A DNA stretch of 64,000 bases from Arthrobacter sp. (GCF_048266065.1 NZ_JBLXAH010000005.1:117135-181134); one strand, 5' to 3'; shown: positions 45,800 to 56,251, counted from the stretch's first letter. The notes: generated by a model from the sequence alone, not told the origin. Program-made: numbers and translations.

Positions 45800-48415
45800 G
45801 TGCTGTCACTCGCCCTGGCCAACCTCCGCACCTACTCCCGCCGCTTCATCGCCGTCACCCTGGCCGTGATGATCGGGACCGCGTTCCTCTCGGCCACCCT
45901 GATGGTCAACTCCTCCGCCACCGCCTCGCTGGAACGCAGCATCGGCGAGGCCTACCAGCACGCCGACCTGGTCGCCGGCATCGACGCCGACCAGCCCACC
46001 ACCGACGACGAGGCGCTCGGCACGAAGCAGCTGGCCGCGGTGGCCGCCGTCCCCGGGGTCGCCGCCGTCGAACCCCAGACCAGCACCGGCGTCCGCATTG
46101 CCACCGGCACCGGCGACTACAACGCCGTCGTGCAGCCCTTCGCCGCCGACGCGCAGCTGCGCACCACCGCGATGGTCTCCGGGCACGCCCCCACCGGCGG
46201 TTCGCAGGTCACCGTGGATGAGAAGCACGCCACGCAGTACGGCCTGGACACCGGCGACACCGTCGGCGTTACCGCTTCCACCCCCGACGGCACCGTCCTG
46301 GACTACCCGGCGACGATCACCGGGATCACCACCTCCTCGAACAGCCCGTTCCTGGGCTCGAACCTGCAGGTCGCCGTCTCCCCCGACCGCTATGCCGACT
46401 TCGCCGGGGCCGACCCGTACTACGAGTCCCTGCTGGTCCGCCTCGACGACGGGACGGACCCGGCCGCCGCGACCGGCGCCATCACCGACGCCCTGCGCGG
46501 CCACGGGATCTCCTCCCCCTCGGTCATGACCGCGCAGGAACGCACCGTCAAGGACCTGGCCTCCTTCACCGGCGGACAGGACCAGTTCACCGGCATCCTG
46601 CTGGTCTTCGCGCTCATCGCCCTGGTGGTGACCGGGCTGGTGGTGATGAACACGTTCGCCGTGCTCGTCGCCCAGCGCACCCGCGAACTTGCCCTCCTGC
46701 GCACCCTCGGGGCACTGCGCGTCCAGCTGCGCCGTTCCGTGCTCATCGAGGCGCTGGTGGTCGGCGTCGTGTCCTCGGCGCTCGGCGTGCTGTTGGCCAT
46801 CGGCGTGATGGCCTCGCTGGTCGGCTACGTCTCCACGCTGCCGGAGGCATCGTTCGCCGTGCTCTCCGTCTCACCGGCCTCGGTCATCGCCGGGCTGGTG
46901 GTCGGCACCCTCATGACGCTCATCGCCGCCTGGGCGCCGGCCCGCCGGGCGATGTCGGTGGCGCCGTTGGCGGCACTGCGCCCGGCCGACGACGCCTCGG
47001 TGCACAACCGCATCGGCAAGCTGCGCCTGGTGTTCGGGGTGCTGCTGGCGCTCGGCGGCGGCGCATTGCTTGCCTTCGGCGCCGTCTCCCACAACCTGCT
47101 GGTCGGCTTCTTCGGCGGCCTGCTCTCCTTCATCGGCATCCTCATGCTCGCCTCGCTGTTCCTGCCCGGCGCCGTGCGTGGGGTGGGCCGGCTGTTCGGC
47201 GGCACCGGCGTGCCGGCGAAGCTGGCCTCCCTGAACGCCGTCCGCAACCCCGGACGCACCACGGCCACCGCCACCGCGCTGCTCATCGGCGTCACCCTGG
47301 TCTCGATGATGATGGTCGGCGCGCAGACCACCAAACAGTCCTTCGGCGCCGAACTGGGCCGGAACTACCTGGTGGACTTCACGGTCGACTCCCCCGCCGC
47401 CTACGGGGAGAACTTCGGTGGGGCCCCGCTGCCGGAGTCCTCCGGGGAGGCTGGCTCCGGCGCGGCGGCCCCCGCCAAGGCCCAGCTCGGCGAAAAGCAA
47501 GCCAGGCAGGCCGCAGCGGTCGACGGGGTCTCAGACGTCGCCCTTTTGACCCCGGTGGGCGTCGATTCGGACGGCCAGACTGCCTATGCTGCAGATCCCG
47601 CGGATCTGAAAAAGGTGCTCAACGAGCCTGGCCTGGTGCCCGCTGATGGCGAAATCATCGTCGGCCAGCTGGTGGAGAAGAAGACACTGGAGGTCCGCAC
47701 GTCCGATGATGCGTCGCCCACGGCATTGACGACCAAGCACTCGAAGTCGGACATCACCGCCCCACTCATGACACTGAAAACGGCCGAACAGCTCGACGGA
47801 TACAGCCCGGGCGCGGGCAGTCGGGAGTACACTGCGGCAGATGGTTCCACCAGCATGGCCGCCTACCCGGTCCTGTGGATCAAGGCGGCCCCTGGCCTGG
47901 ACAGCGGGCAGCTGCAGGACCTCGGCAAGACGCTCGCGGCCGAGCTGCGGGTCTCCGACTACCAGGTCGCCGGCGGTGCCCTGGAGAAGGCCCTGTTCAC
48001 CCAGGTGATCGACACGCTGCTGCTCGTCGTCTCCGGCCTGCTGGCCGTGGCCGTGTTCATCGCGCTCATCGGGGTCGCGAACACCTTGAGCCTCTCGGTG
48101 CTCGAACGCACCCGGGAATCGGCCCTGCTGCGGGCCCTGGGCCTGACCCGTGGGCAGCTGCGCGGGATGCTGGCGCTGGAGGCCGTGCTGATCGCCGGGG
48201 TCGCGGCGCTGCTGGGCATCCTGCTCGGGACCACCTACGGGGTGCTCGGTGCGCAGTCGGCGGTCGGATCATTCGCCGCCATCACCCTGTCGCTGCCGTG
48301 GGCCCAGCTGCTGCTGGTCCTCGGGGTCAGCGTGCTGGCCGCGCTGGCCGCCTCGATCGTCCCGGCCCGCCGTGCGGCACGCCTGTCCCCGGTGGAAGGG
48401 CTCGCGAACGAATAG
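45800..48415 (+). CDS. FtsX/MacB-type ABC permease with duplicated permease units
   Basis: QRTRELALLRTLGA and ERTRESALLRALG repeats; two large extracellular loops; about 10 TM segments. Confidence 0.92.
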   Translation: MLSLALANLRTYSRRFIAVTLAVMIGTAFLSATLMVNSSATASLERSIGEAYQHADLVAGIDADQPTTDDEALGTKQLAAVAAVPGVAAVEPQTSTGVRIATGTGDYNAVVQPFAADAQLRTTAMVSGHAPTGGSQVTVDEKHATQYGLDTGDTVGVTASTPDGTVLDYPATITGITTSSNSPFLGSNLQVAVSPDRYADFAGADPYYESLLVRLDDGTDPAAATGAITDALRGHGISSPSVMTAQERTVKDLASFTGGQDQFTGILLVFALIALVVTGLVVMNTFAVLVAQRTRELALLRTLGALRVQLRRSVLIEALVVGVVSSALGVLLAIGVMASLVGYVSTLPEASFAVLSVSPASVIAGLVVGTLMTLIAAWAPARRAMSVAPLAALRPADDASVHNRIGKLRLVFGVLLALGGGALLAFGAVSHNLLVGFFGGLLSFIGILMLASLFLPGAVRGVGRLFGGTGVPAKLASLNAVRNPGRTTATATALLIGVTLVSMMMVGAQTTKQSFGAELGRNYLVDFTVDSPAAYGENFGGAPLPESSGEAGSGAAAPAKAQLGEKQARQAAAVDGVSDVALLTPVGVDSDGQTAYAADPADLKKVLNEPGLVPADGEIIVGQLVEKKTLEVRTSDDASPTALTTKHSKSDITAPLMTLKTAEQLDGYSPGAGSREYTAADGSTSMAAYPVLWIKAAPGLDSGQLQDLGKTLAAELRVSDYQVAGGALEKALFTQVIDTLLLVVSGLLAVAVFIALIGVANTLSLSVLERTRESALLRALGLTRGQLRGMLALEAVLIAGVAALLGILLGTTYGVLGAQSAVGSFAAITLSLPWAQLLLVLGVSVLAALAASIVPARRAARLSPVEGLANE

Positions 48416-48424
48416 CCTCGGCTT

Positions 48425-48476
48425 AACGCCAGCGCCCCCGGGCGGAACCGCGGTTCCGCCCGGGGGCGCTGGCGTT
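48425..48476. terminator. Perfect 52-bp palindrome between convergent genes (bidirectional terminator candidate)
   Basis: AACGCCAGCGCCCCCGGGCGGAACCG directly followed by its exact reverse complement. Confidence 0.75.
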
Positions 48477-48485
48477 GTCGGCCCC

Positions 48486-50258
48486 TTAGGGCCTGCGTTT
48501 CCTCGGCCGTGGCAGCCAGGGCCGGGGAGAGGTTTTCACATCGTCGGGCAGGGCTGTGGCAATGCGCTCGTCCACCTGCTCGCCGAAGTGCTGGTCGAAG
48601 TTCTCGGCGAGGTGGCCGGTGATGCCCTCTTCGACTTCCAGCGCCAGTTCGGCACGCCGTTGCCGCCGCTCGGCCCGCAGCAGCACCTGGTGTTCGGCGT
48701 GCAGGGCCTTGTACGTGGCGATGCACATGCCGACAATGACCAGGCTGACGGGCAGTGCGGTCAGGATGGAGGCGGTCTGCAACGTTCCCAGACCGCCGGC
48801 CAGCAGCAGGGCGATGGCCACCAGGCCCTCAAGTGAAGCCCACAGCACGCGGCTCCACTTGGGCGGATCGGTGTCCCCGCCGGAAGCCAGCATGTCGATG
48901 ACCAGCGAACCCGAGTCCGAGGAGGTGACGAAGAAGATCGTCACCAGCAGCACGGCGATGACCGACAGGACGCCGCCCAGGGGAAGCTGTGCCAACATGT
49001 TGAACAGCACGTTCTGCGAGACGATGCCTTCCTTGGCGTCAAAGAGGCCGCCGTTCATGTCGCTCCAGGCCCGGTGGATGGCAGTGCCGCCCATGATCGA
49101 GAACCAGATGAAGCTGACAATCGTGGGCACGGCCAGGACGCCCATGACGAATTCGCGTACGGTGCGACCGCGGGAGATCCGCGCGATGAACACGCCGACG
49201 AACGGGGCCCAGGACATCCACCAGCCCCAGTAGAAGATGGTCCAGCTACCCAGCCACTTCAGGCCGTCCGCCCCCGTGTAGGTCGCGGTGTCCAGCGTCA
49301 TGCCCAGGATGTTCTGCAGGTAGTAGCCCAGCGAGGAGACCAGGTCGCGGAAGATGTACAGCGTGGGGCCCAGCAGCAGGATCGAGATCATGAAGACCCC
49401 GGCCATGCCGAGGTTGATGTTCGAGAGCCACTTGATGCCCTTGCCCACGCCGCTGACCGCGGAGAGCAGTGCAATGAGGGTGATGATGATGATCAGCACC
49501 ACCAGCAGGGTGTTGTTGACTTCCCCCACCACGCGCATGTGGGCCAGGCCGGCGGAGATCTGCTGGACGCCCAATCCCAGCGACGTTGCCACACCGAACA
49601 GGGTGCCGACGACGGCGATGACGTCGATGGTATCTCCCAGCCCGCCCTTGACCCGGTCACCGAGCAACGGTTCCAGGGCCCAGCGGATGGAGATCGGGCG
49701 GCCGCGGCGGTGGATGGCGTAGGCCATGGACAGGCCGACGACGGCGTAGATCGCCCAGGCGTGCAGGCCCCAGTGCATGAAGGTCTGACCCATCGCCGCT
49801 TGCGCGATGTGTGCCTGGTCCCCGGTGACCCCGGGCTTGGGGTTCACGAAGAAGGTCAGTGGTTCGGCGGCGCCCCAGAAGACAAGGCCGATGCCCATGC
49901 CAGCGGCGAAGAGCATGGCGAACCAGGACAGCAAGGAGAACTCGGGCTTCTCGTCGTCGGCTCCGAGGGTGATGTTGCCGTAGCGGCTCACGCCCATCCA
50001 GATGGCGAAGACGACGAACGCGCCGACCACCAGCATGTAGTACGGGGCCAGGCCCCGGACGACGGCGGTCTGCAGGTCGGTGAAGACCTTCGACGTGCCC
50101 TCGGGTTCGATCATCGCGATGACCACGAGGGCGACGATGATGCCCAGCGCGGGCCAGAACACGCGCGGCGCCGGGATCACCGGCTTCTGGGCCATCCGGT
50201 CGGGTGCCCGCGGAGTGCGGGCGGTCTGCTCACCGTTGGTTTCCGGTGGGGTGCTCAT
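48486..50258 (-). CDS. BCCT family betaine/choline/carnitine transporter
   Basis: WFAMLFAAGMGIG, HWGLHAWAIY, WTIFYWGWWMSWAPFVGVFIARISRGRT. Confidence 0.94.
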   Translation of the reverse strand: MSTPPETNGEQTARTPRAPDRMAQKPVIPAPRVFWPALGIIVALVVIAMIEPEGTSKVFTDLQTAVVRGLAPYYMLVVGAFVVFAIWMGVSRYGNITLGADDEKPEFSLLSWFAMLFAAGMGIGLVFWGAAEPLTFFVNPKPGVTGDQAHIAQAAMGQTFMHWGLHAWAIYAVVGLSMAYAIHRRGRPISIRWALEPLLGDRVKGGLGDTIDVIAVVGTLFGVATSLGLGVQQISAGLAHMRVVGEVNNTLLVVLIIIITLIALLSAVSGVGKGIKWLSNINLGMAGVFMISILLLGPTLYIFRDLVSSLGYYLQNILGMTLDTATYTGADGLKWLGSWTIFYWGWWMSWAPFVGVFIARISRGRTVREFVMGVLAVPTIVSFIWFSIMGGTAIHRAWSDMNGGLFDAKEGIVSQNVLFNMLAQLPLGGVLSVIAVLLVTIFFVTSSDSGSLVIDMLASGGDTDPPKWSRVLWASLEGLVAIALLLAGGLGTLQTASILTALPVSLVIVGMCIATYKALHAEHQVLLRAERRQRRAELALEVEEGITGHLAENFDQHFGEQVDERIATALPDDVKTSPRPWLPRPRKRRP

Positions 50259-50305
50259 GAAAGGTTCCTTAATCACACGGTCGGGGGCAAATGATCCGAT
50301 GCTTC

Positions 50306-50333
50306 ACTTTACGGATGTGCCACCCCCTGTCAA
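50306..50333 (-). promoter_or_regulatory. Sigma-A-like promoter of the BCCT gene
   Basis: Minus strand TTGACA-N16-TAAAGT. Confidence 0.55.
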
Positions 50334-50599
50334 CGTGGGCCCACCGCCGTTTCCCGCCTAGGGCGCCGGAAAAGGAGACCATCCTGACAGGCCGTGGGCC
50401 GCAGCCATTCGCGGCTGCGCCCGGGCTGTGGACCGGCCGGGCCCTGGGTGTGTCGGAGCCGGTGTGGCGTGACAGAACTCTCGCGTGCTGGTGCTCCACC
50501 CCACGTCGGCGGGCCATGCGTGCCGTCTTCCACTGTGCTATCTTCCGGTACCGGAGGACGGCTGCCCGTCTCGGATCGGAAAGGCGCCGTCGGCGGCGG

Positions 50600-52162
50600 T
50601 CAGCCGACCGGCGGTTCCTCGTACTTCGGGAAGATCGGTGTGGGTGCCGGCAGCTCGTGGCCCGTTTCGATGGGGGAATCGAAGGCGGCGAAGGTCCGCG
50701 CCGCTCCCCCGTCCTGGCCCAACACGTCCAGCAGCCGGCTCGCCGAGGTGGGCATGACCGGCTGCACCAGCAGCGCCACCCGACGCAGCACCTCGAGGGC
50801 CACGTACAACACGGTCTCCATGCGGGCGGTGTCCGTCTTGCGCAGCACCCACGGGGCCTGGTCGGCGAAGTAGGCGTTGGTGTCGCCCAGGACGTGCCAC
50901 ACGGCCTCCAGCGCCTTGCTGAACTCCTGGCGCGAGTACGCGTCCCGGGAGCGATCCAGCAGGGCAGCTGCCGCGTCGAGCAGTTCACGATCGGTGTCCG
51001 TGAAGTCGCCGGGCGTGGGGACCTTGCCGGCGCAGTTCTTGGCCACCATGGACAGCGACCGCTGGGCGAGGTTGCCCAGGTTGTTGGCCAGGTCGGAGTT
51101 CATGCGTCCGACGATCGCGTCGTGGCTGTAGTTCCCGTCGGCGCCGAAGGGAACCTCGCGCAGCAGGAAGTACCGGGTCTGGTCCAGCCCGTAGCTTTCC
51201 ACCCAGTCGGCCGGGGCCACGGTGTTGCCCAGCGATTTGGACATCTTCACACCGTTGTTGTGCAGGTGCCCGTGGATCATGATGCGACGCGGCAACTCGA
51301 GCCCTGCGGACATGAGGAAGGCCGGCCAGTAGATGGCGTGGAACCGCGAGATGTCCTTGCCGATGACCTGTACGTCCGCCGGCCAGTACTTGCGGAACGA
51401 GGTCGAGTTCGTGTCGGGGAACCCGACGCCGGTCAGGTAGTTGGTCAGCGCGTCGACCCACACATACATGACGTGCTTCGGGTTGCCCGGAACCGGAATG
51501 CCCCAGTCGAAGGTCGTCCGGGAGATCGACAGGTCGTTCAGGCCGCCCTCGACGAAGCGGATGACCTCGTTGAAGCGGTACTGCGGTGCACCGAATCCCG
51601 GCTGGTCGCGGTAGAGCTCCAGCAGCTTGTCCTGGTAGGCGGAGAGCCGGAAGAAGTAGGACTCCTCCTCGGTCCAGGTCACCTCGGTGTCGGAGACGGT
51701 GGAGTAGCGGACACCGTCGTCGCGGACCTCCGTCTCGTCCTCGCCGTAGAAGGCCTCGTCGCGCACGGAGTACCACCCGGCGTACTTGTCGAGGTAGATG
51801 TCACCGTTGGCCTCCATGCGCTTCCAGATCGCCTGCGCCGCATCATGGTGGTCGGCATCGGTGGTGCGGATGAAGCGGTCGTAGCTGATGCCCAGTTCGT
51901 CCTGGGCCTCCTGGAAGACATCCGAGTTGCGCTGCGCGAGCTGGCGGGGCGTGATGCCTTCCTTCTCGGCGGTCTGCAGCATCTTCTGGCCGTGCTCATC
52001 CGTGCCGGTCAGGAAGAAGACGTCACCACCGTCCAGGCGCTTGAAGCGGGCCATCGCGTCGGTGGCAATAAACTCGTAGGCATGCCCGATGTGCGGCAGG
52101 CCGTTCGGGTACGAGATGGCGGTGGTGATGTAAAACGGGGTCTGGTCCTGGGATGAAGTCAC
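50600..52162 (-). CDS. metG: Methionine-tRNA ligase (short form, no Zn-knuckle cysteines)
   Basis: [43 protein letters not shown]. Confidence 0.95.
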   Translation of the reverse strand: MTSSQDQTPFYITTAISYPNGLPHIGHAYEFIATDAMARFKRLDGGDVFFLTGTDEHGQKMLQTAEKEGITPRQLAQRNSDVFQEAQDELGISYDRFIRTTDADHHDAAQAIWKRMEANGDIYLDKYAGWYSVRDEAFYGEDETEVRDDGVRYSTVSDTEVTWTEEESYFFRLSAYQDKLLELYRDQPGFGAPQYRFNEVIRFVEGGLNDLSISRTTFDWGIPVPGNPKHVMYVWVDALTNYLTGVGFPDTNSTSFRKYWPADVQVIGKDISRFHAIYWPAFLMSAGLELPRRIMIHGHLHNNGVKMSKSLGNTVAPADWVESYGLDQTRYFLLREVPFGADGNYSHDAIVGRMNSDLANNLGNLAQRSLSMVAKNCAGKVPTPGDFTDTDRELLDAAAALLDRSRDAYSRQEFSKALEAVWHVLGDTNAYFADQAPWVLRKTDTARMETVLYVALEVLRRVALLVQPVMPTSASRLLDVLGQDGGAARTFAAFDSPIETGHELPAPTPIFPKYEEPPVG

Positions 52163-52276
52163 CCTAGAAATCTACCGTACCCCGGGCTTCCGCCGCCCAT
52201 CCGGGTACCCGTGCGCCGTCCGCCGTGCGTCCGGGGCCGAGCCACCACCGATCCATCCACTCTGCGGGGAGCGCCA

Positions 52277-53002
52277 GTGTTTTCACCGACCATCACCACC
52301 TTCTGGGACGCCACGTTTGCCACCGGTGACACCTGGGATGGCGCCGAAGGCTTCACACTGGCCATCCATCCGGATCGTGATCCGCTCCGTCCCGTCGAGG
52401 TGTTGACGTATCCCGACGGCACCGTCGCGGCAGCGGTGTCCCCCGCTGCTGCTGCGGCACTCGGGATCTCCGCCGGAACCAGCCTGGACGCGGTGTCCTT
52501 CCGCGAACGGCTGTCCAGCGCCGGCCTGGTGCTGCATGATCCCGACTGCCTCTTCTACGTCACCGATGAGGCGGCATCCGTCCTGTCCCGGGGAACGACA
52601 CCCGATCACGTGCGGCAGTTGACGTCGGCGGATGCCGCCCTCTTCTCCCGGTTCCAGTCCAACGCCCCGGCCGATGACCTGGAGGAGGCCTATGTGGAAC
52701 TCGACCATTGGTCGGTGGTCGGTGGGTTCGTGGACGACGAGTTGGCCTGTGTGGCCAGTGCGTATCCCTGGCGCGGCGCGGCGCTGGCCGACATCGGGGT
52801 GTTGACCCTGCCCGGGTTCCGGGGTCGCGGGCTGGCCCGGGACGTGGTCCGCTCCATCGGCTGCACCGCCCTGGCCCAGGGGCTCAGCCCGCAGTACCGG
52901 TGCCAGCCGGCCAACACCGGGTCCAGGGCGGTGGCCGCGGCGGCGGGTTTCACGTACTTCGGGCAGTGGGAGCTTGTCGTGGATACCCCCTCCGGGGACT
53001 GA
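52277..53002 (+). CDS. GNAT family N-acetyltransferase
   Basis: ADIGVLTLPGFRGRGLA acetyl-CoA motif; N.GS..VA.AAGF; GTG start inferred. Confidence 0.8.
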   Translation: MFSPTITTFWDATFATGDTWDGAEGFTLAIHPDRDPLRPVEVLTYPDGTVAAAVSPAAAAALGISAGTSLDAVSFRERLSSAGLVLHDPDCLFYVTDEAASVLSRGTTPDHVRQLTSADAALFSRFQSNAPADDLEEAYVELDHWSVVGGFVDDELACVASAYPWRGAALADIGVLTLPGFRGRGLARDVVRSIGCTALAQGLSPQYRCQPANTGSRAVAAAAGFTYFGQWELVVDTPSGD

Positions 53003-53031
53003 GTCCCCCTCGCCACCCCACCCGGGAAAAG

Positions 53032-53080
53032 CAGGGGGCGGGCGGGGCAGCCGCAGATGCGCTGCCCCACCCGCCCCCTG
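53032..53080. terminator. GC-rich hairpin between convergent GNAT and serA
   Basis: CAGGGGGCGGG(C)GGGGCAGC...GCTGCCCC(A)CCCGCCCCCTG. Confidence 0.7.
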
Positions 53081-53091
53081 GCGGATCCTGG

Positions 53092-54687
53092 CTACTCGGC
53101 CAGGTTGACCTCACGTGCGGTGGTGGCACCGATGGAGTCGCGGACGGCATCCAGGACGCCGGCGGGCAGCGCGGTGTCGACGGCGAGGACGGCCAGGGCC
53201 GGTCCGCCCTCCTCCTTGCGGGCCACCTGCATGGCGGCGATGTTGATGTCGTGTTCGCCCAGCGTGCTGCCCAGGGTGCCGATGACGCCGGCGCGGTCCT
53301 GGTAGACCAGCACGATCATGTGCTCGGCGATCGGGATCTCGAGCTCATAGCCGCCGATGCCGACCAGCTTCTCGATCTGCTTCGGTCCGGTCAGCGTGCC
53401 GGTGACCGAGATCTGCTGGCCATCTGACAGCGCCCCCTTCAGGGTCAGCGCATTGCGGTACTCCGGCGACTCGGCGGTGGTGACCAGCCGGGTGGTGATG
53501 CCGCGCTGTTCGGCGAGCACCGGGGCATTCACGTAGGACACCTGGTCGGAGACGATGTCGCGGAAGACGCCCTTCAGCGCGGAGAGTTCCAGGACCTTCA
53601 CGTCCAGTTCGGCGATCTCCCCGGCGATCTCGACATCCAACGAGGTCAGCGAGTCGACGGTGAGGGCGGTGAAGATGCGGCCGAGCTTCTCGATCAGCGG
53701 GATGCCCGGGCGGACCGACTCGTCGATGACACCGCCGGCGACGTTCACCGCGTCGGGGACCAGCTCGCCGGACAACGCCAGGCGCACCGATTTGGCGACC
53801 GACACACCGGCCTTCTCCTGTGCCTCGTCGGTGGAGGCCCCCAGGTGCGGAGTGACGGTGACGTTCTCGAATTCGAAGAACGGCAGGTCGGTGCTCGGCT
53901 CGTTGACGTAGACGTCGATGCCTGCGCCGGCAATCTTCTCCTCCTTCAGCGCCGTGTAGAGGGCTTCCTCGTCGATCAGGCCGCCGCGGGCGACGTTGAT
54001 GACATAGGCGCTGTCCTTCATCTTCTCGAACGCCTCGGCGCCCAGCATGCCCAGGGTCTCCGGAGTCTTGGGCATGTGGATCGTGATGAAGTCCGAGGTG
54101 GCCAGCAGCTCGTCGAGTTCGAGCAGGCGCACGCCCATCTGCTGTGCGCGGGCGCTGGTGACGTACGGGTCGTACGCGACGACGTCCATGCCAAAGCCCT
54201 GCAGGCGGGCCGCGACCAGCGCGCCGATGCGGCCCAGGCCGATGATGCCGGCGGTCTTTTCGAAGAGCTCGACGCCGGTGTAGGACGAGCGCTTCCAGGC
54301 TCCGCCCTTCAGGGAGGCATTGGCCGCCGGGATGCGGCGGGCCAGGGAGACAATGTGCCCGACGGTCAGTTCGGCGGCGGAGATGATGTTGGAGGTCGGG
54401 GCGTTCACGACCATGACGCCGGCCTGGGTGGCTGCCTTGATGTCGACGTTGTCCAGGCCGACACCGGCGCGGGCAATGATCTTCAGGTTCTTGGCCGCGG
54501 CGATGGCCTCTTCGTCGACCTTCGTGGCCGAGCGGACCAGGATGGCATCGACGTCGGCGATGGCCGCCAGCAGCTGGGAGCGGTCGGAACCATCGGTGCT
54601 GCGGACCTCGAAGTCAGGACCCAGCGCCTGGACGGTGGCTGGCGAAAGTTCCTCGGCAAGGAGGACGACGGGCTTGGTTTCTGACAC
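53092..54687 (-). CDS. serA: D-3-phosphoglycerate dehydrogenase
   Basis: RAGVGLDNVD, GLGRIG, NVARGG, TPHLGAST, C-terminal ACT domain; GTG start 54687. Confidence 0.96.
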   Translation of the reverse strand: MSETKPVVLLAEELSPATVQALGPDFEVRSTDGSDRSQLLAAIADVDAILVRSATKVDEEAIAAAKNLKIIARAGVGLDNVDIKAATQAGVMVVNAPTSNIISAAELTVGHIVSLARRIPAANASLKGGAWKRSSYTGVELFEKTAGIIGLGRIGALVAARLQGFGMDVVAYDPYVTSARAQQMGVRLLELDELLATSDFITIHMPKTPETLGMLGAEAFEKMKDSAYVINVARGGLIDEEALYTALKEEKIAGAGIDVYVNEPSTDLPFFEFENVTVTPHLGASTDEAQEKAGVSVAKSVRLALSGELVPDAVNVAGGVIDESVRPGIPLIEKLGRIFTALTVDSLTSLDVEIAGEIAELDVKVLELSALKGVFRDIVSDQVSYVNAPVLAEQRGITTRLVTTAESPEYRNALTLKGALSDGQQISVTGTLTGPKQIEKLVGIGGYELEIPIAEHMIVLVYQDRAGVIGTLGSTLGEHDINIAAMQVARKEEGGPALAVLAVDTALPAGVLDAVRDSIGATTAREVNLAE

Positions 54688-54871
54688 GGAGATGGCACCT
54701 TTGCGTTCGACGGATGCGGGTTGCGGGGCCGGGGTTTCTCCGGCCCCCGCCGCCAGAATATCGCCACGCCGCCCGTCTGCCCTTGTCCGAGTGCGGATAT
54801 TACGGGCCGGTACACGACATGGTGTGTTCTGGTTCACAGATGACGCGAAGATGACGCCGCCATCCCACTGC

Positions 54872-56251
54872 CTACAAGCCAATGGCCATGGCGATGCCTT
54901 CACTTCTCCACACAGTGGGGTTGTGCGTCGCAGCGTGGCTCCAGAACGAACGGGCGATCCGGTGCTCGACGACATTCGATGCCGGAGGCAACCGCTGCCC
55001 CGCACATGCTGCGGTCAGGACAATGTCGAAGTCGAGGCGGACGTCCAGGACCCGGCGTACCTGGCCAACCATCTGCCGATGAGGCCCATGGATGGGTGCG
55101 CTGAGCAGCACGACCTCGTCGATCAACGTGCCCGCGTTCACGGCTCGGGCGACGATTTCACCGCCGTAGCTGTGCCCAAAGACTGTCCCGAGTCCGCCGG
55201 CACCACCAGCTGATCGGGCCCAACGTCCGAATCGTTGCCCGCCGAGGTGCCGCTGCCTTTTGCTATAGGCGCCCGACCAGGAGAACTCCTGGCCGTCGTC
55301 GTACAGATCCGGCCGGTGGCCTTGCTGCACGTACCCATGGAAGTCACCACCGGGGTACCACCAGTTCCCCTTCCATCCCCATGTCCCGTGCACCATGGTC
55401 GAAACAGGTCCACGAGACCGCTCCCGGGGTCCCGCTGTTCCATCCTGGGGATCATCGTCTCCGCCATCCGCCCCGCTGAAAGAGGCAGCACGCCCCAACT
55501 CGCGCACGATGGGGTCGGCTGATCGCAGTGCCAGGTCGATCCGAATGGCGGCGAGGAAGTGAAGGGCCGCAAGAACCGACGATGGGTCCCCCTCGGTGAA
55601 GGCATCGCGTAGCCAGTAGGTGCAGTAGTTCCGCCACTCGTCCCCTTCCCACGGCAAGGGCGCATCGGGTGTCCCGTCCTCGTCTTCGACCGATCGGAGT
55701 AAGGCAGGCCCTCCCAGACGGTACGTATCGATCCTGCGGTCCATGAAACGGTACGGCCAGCCTCGCCATTGGTCCGAAACGGCCGCGTCTTGCGGGATTG
55801 GAGCCACGGAATTGCTGAGCGCCGAAGCTGCGGTGGCCGATTCTCGTTCCAGGGGGCTGCTCAATCCGGCTGCCAGCAATGGAAGGCGCGCTGCGATCTG
55901 GTGGTCTTCATTGAGTGCCCGGAACGCGCCGTAGCGGACCTCTTCCGGACTCCAGATCCCGGCAAAGGTCTCCAGCAGGTACACCGCCTCGGCGAAGGAG
56001 GCGTCAAAGCCCCGGCGTCTTTCAACGAGGTAGGCCAGCTCCGGGTCAATGCCGAATCGTTCCACGTTGGACGGCGTCACGACCGCCGGTTCACCGTCGT
56101 CCAGCCGTGGGGCGCCGGCACCCAGTGTTGCCATGATCGCGAAGCGCGAGGCATTCGTCCCCTCATGCTCCGGTGACAGCTCGATAGAGGACGGGTCCGA
56201 CAGGACAAGGAATTCCTCGAGTTCAGCCGCCGATTCCGGATCTTGTTCCAC
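54872..56251 (-). CDS. Hypothetical protein: helical N-terminal region + C-terminal alpha/beta-hydrolase domain
   Basis: VHGTW oxyanion loop, GHSYGG nucleophile elbow, VLLSAP, DIV, C-terminal His; no signal peptide. Confidence 0.65.
   Translation of the reverse strand: MEQDPESAAELEEFLVLSDPSSIELSPEHEGTNASRFAIMATLGAGAPRLDDGEPAVVTPSNVERFGIDPELAYLVERRRGFDASFAEAVYLLETFAGIWSPEEVRYGAFRALNEDHQIAARLPLLAAGLSSPLERESATAASALSNSVAPIPQDAAVSDQWRGWPYRFMDRRIDTYRLGGPALLRSVEDEDGTPDAPLPWEGDEWRNYCTYWLRDAFTEGDPSSVLAALHFLAAIRIDLALRSADPIVRELGRAASFSGADGGDDDPQDGTAGPRERSRGPVSTMVHGTWGWKGNWWYPGGDFHGYVQQGHRPDLYDDGQEFSWSGAYSKRQRHLGGQRFGRWARSAGGAGGLGTVFGHSYGGEIVARAVNAGTLIDEVVLLSAPIHGPHRQMVGQVRRVLDVRLDFDIVLTAACAGQRLPPASNVVEHRIARSFWSHAATHNPTVWRSEGIAMAIGL

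Noticed and set aside
44890-45831. ORF-track N-terminal extension of LCP3 to 699 aa
   Set aside because: Overlaps the ABC ATPase on the other strand; the lipoprotein signal begins at 44889
50380-50533. Small ORF containing VTPHRLRHT, resembling the tyrosine-recombinase H-x-x-R-H box, in the 340-bp metG-BCCT gap
   Set aside because: No frame continues with integrase-like residues (F/Y-A-T..., LGH, catalytic Tyr); likely a chance match in GC-rich DNA
54688-54871. Riboswitch upstream of serA
   Set aside because: Only one GC hairpin; no recognisable glycine, ZTP, SAM or T-box consensus
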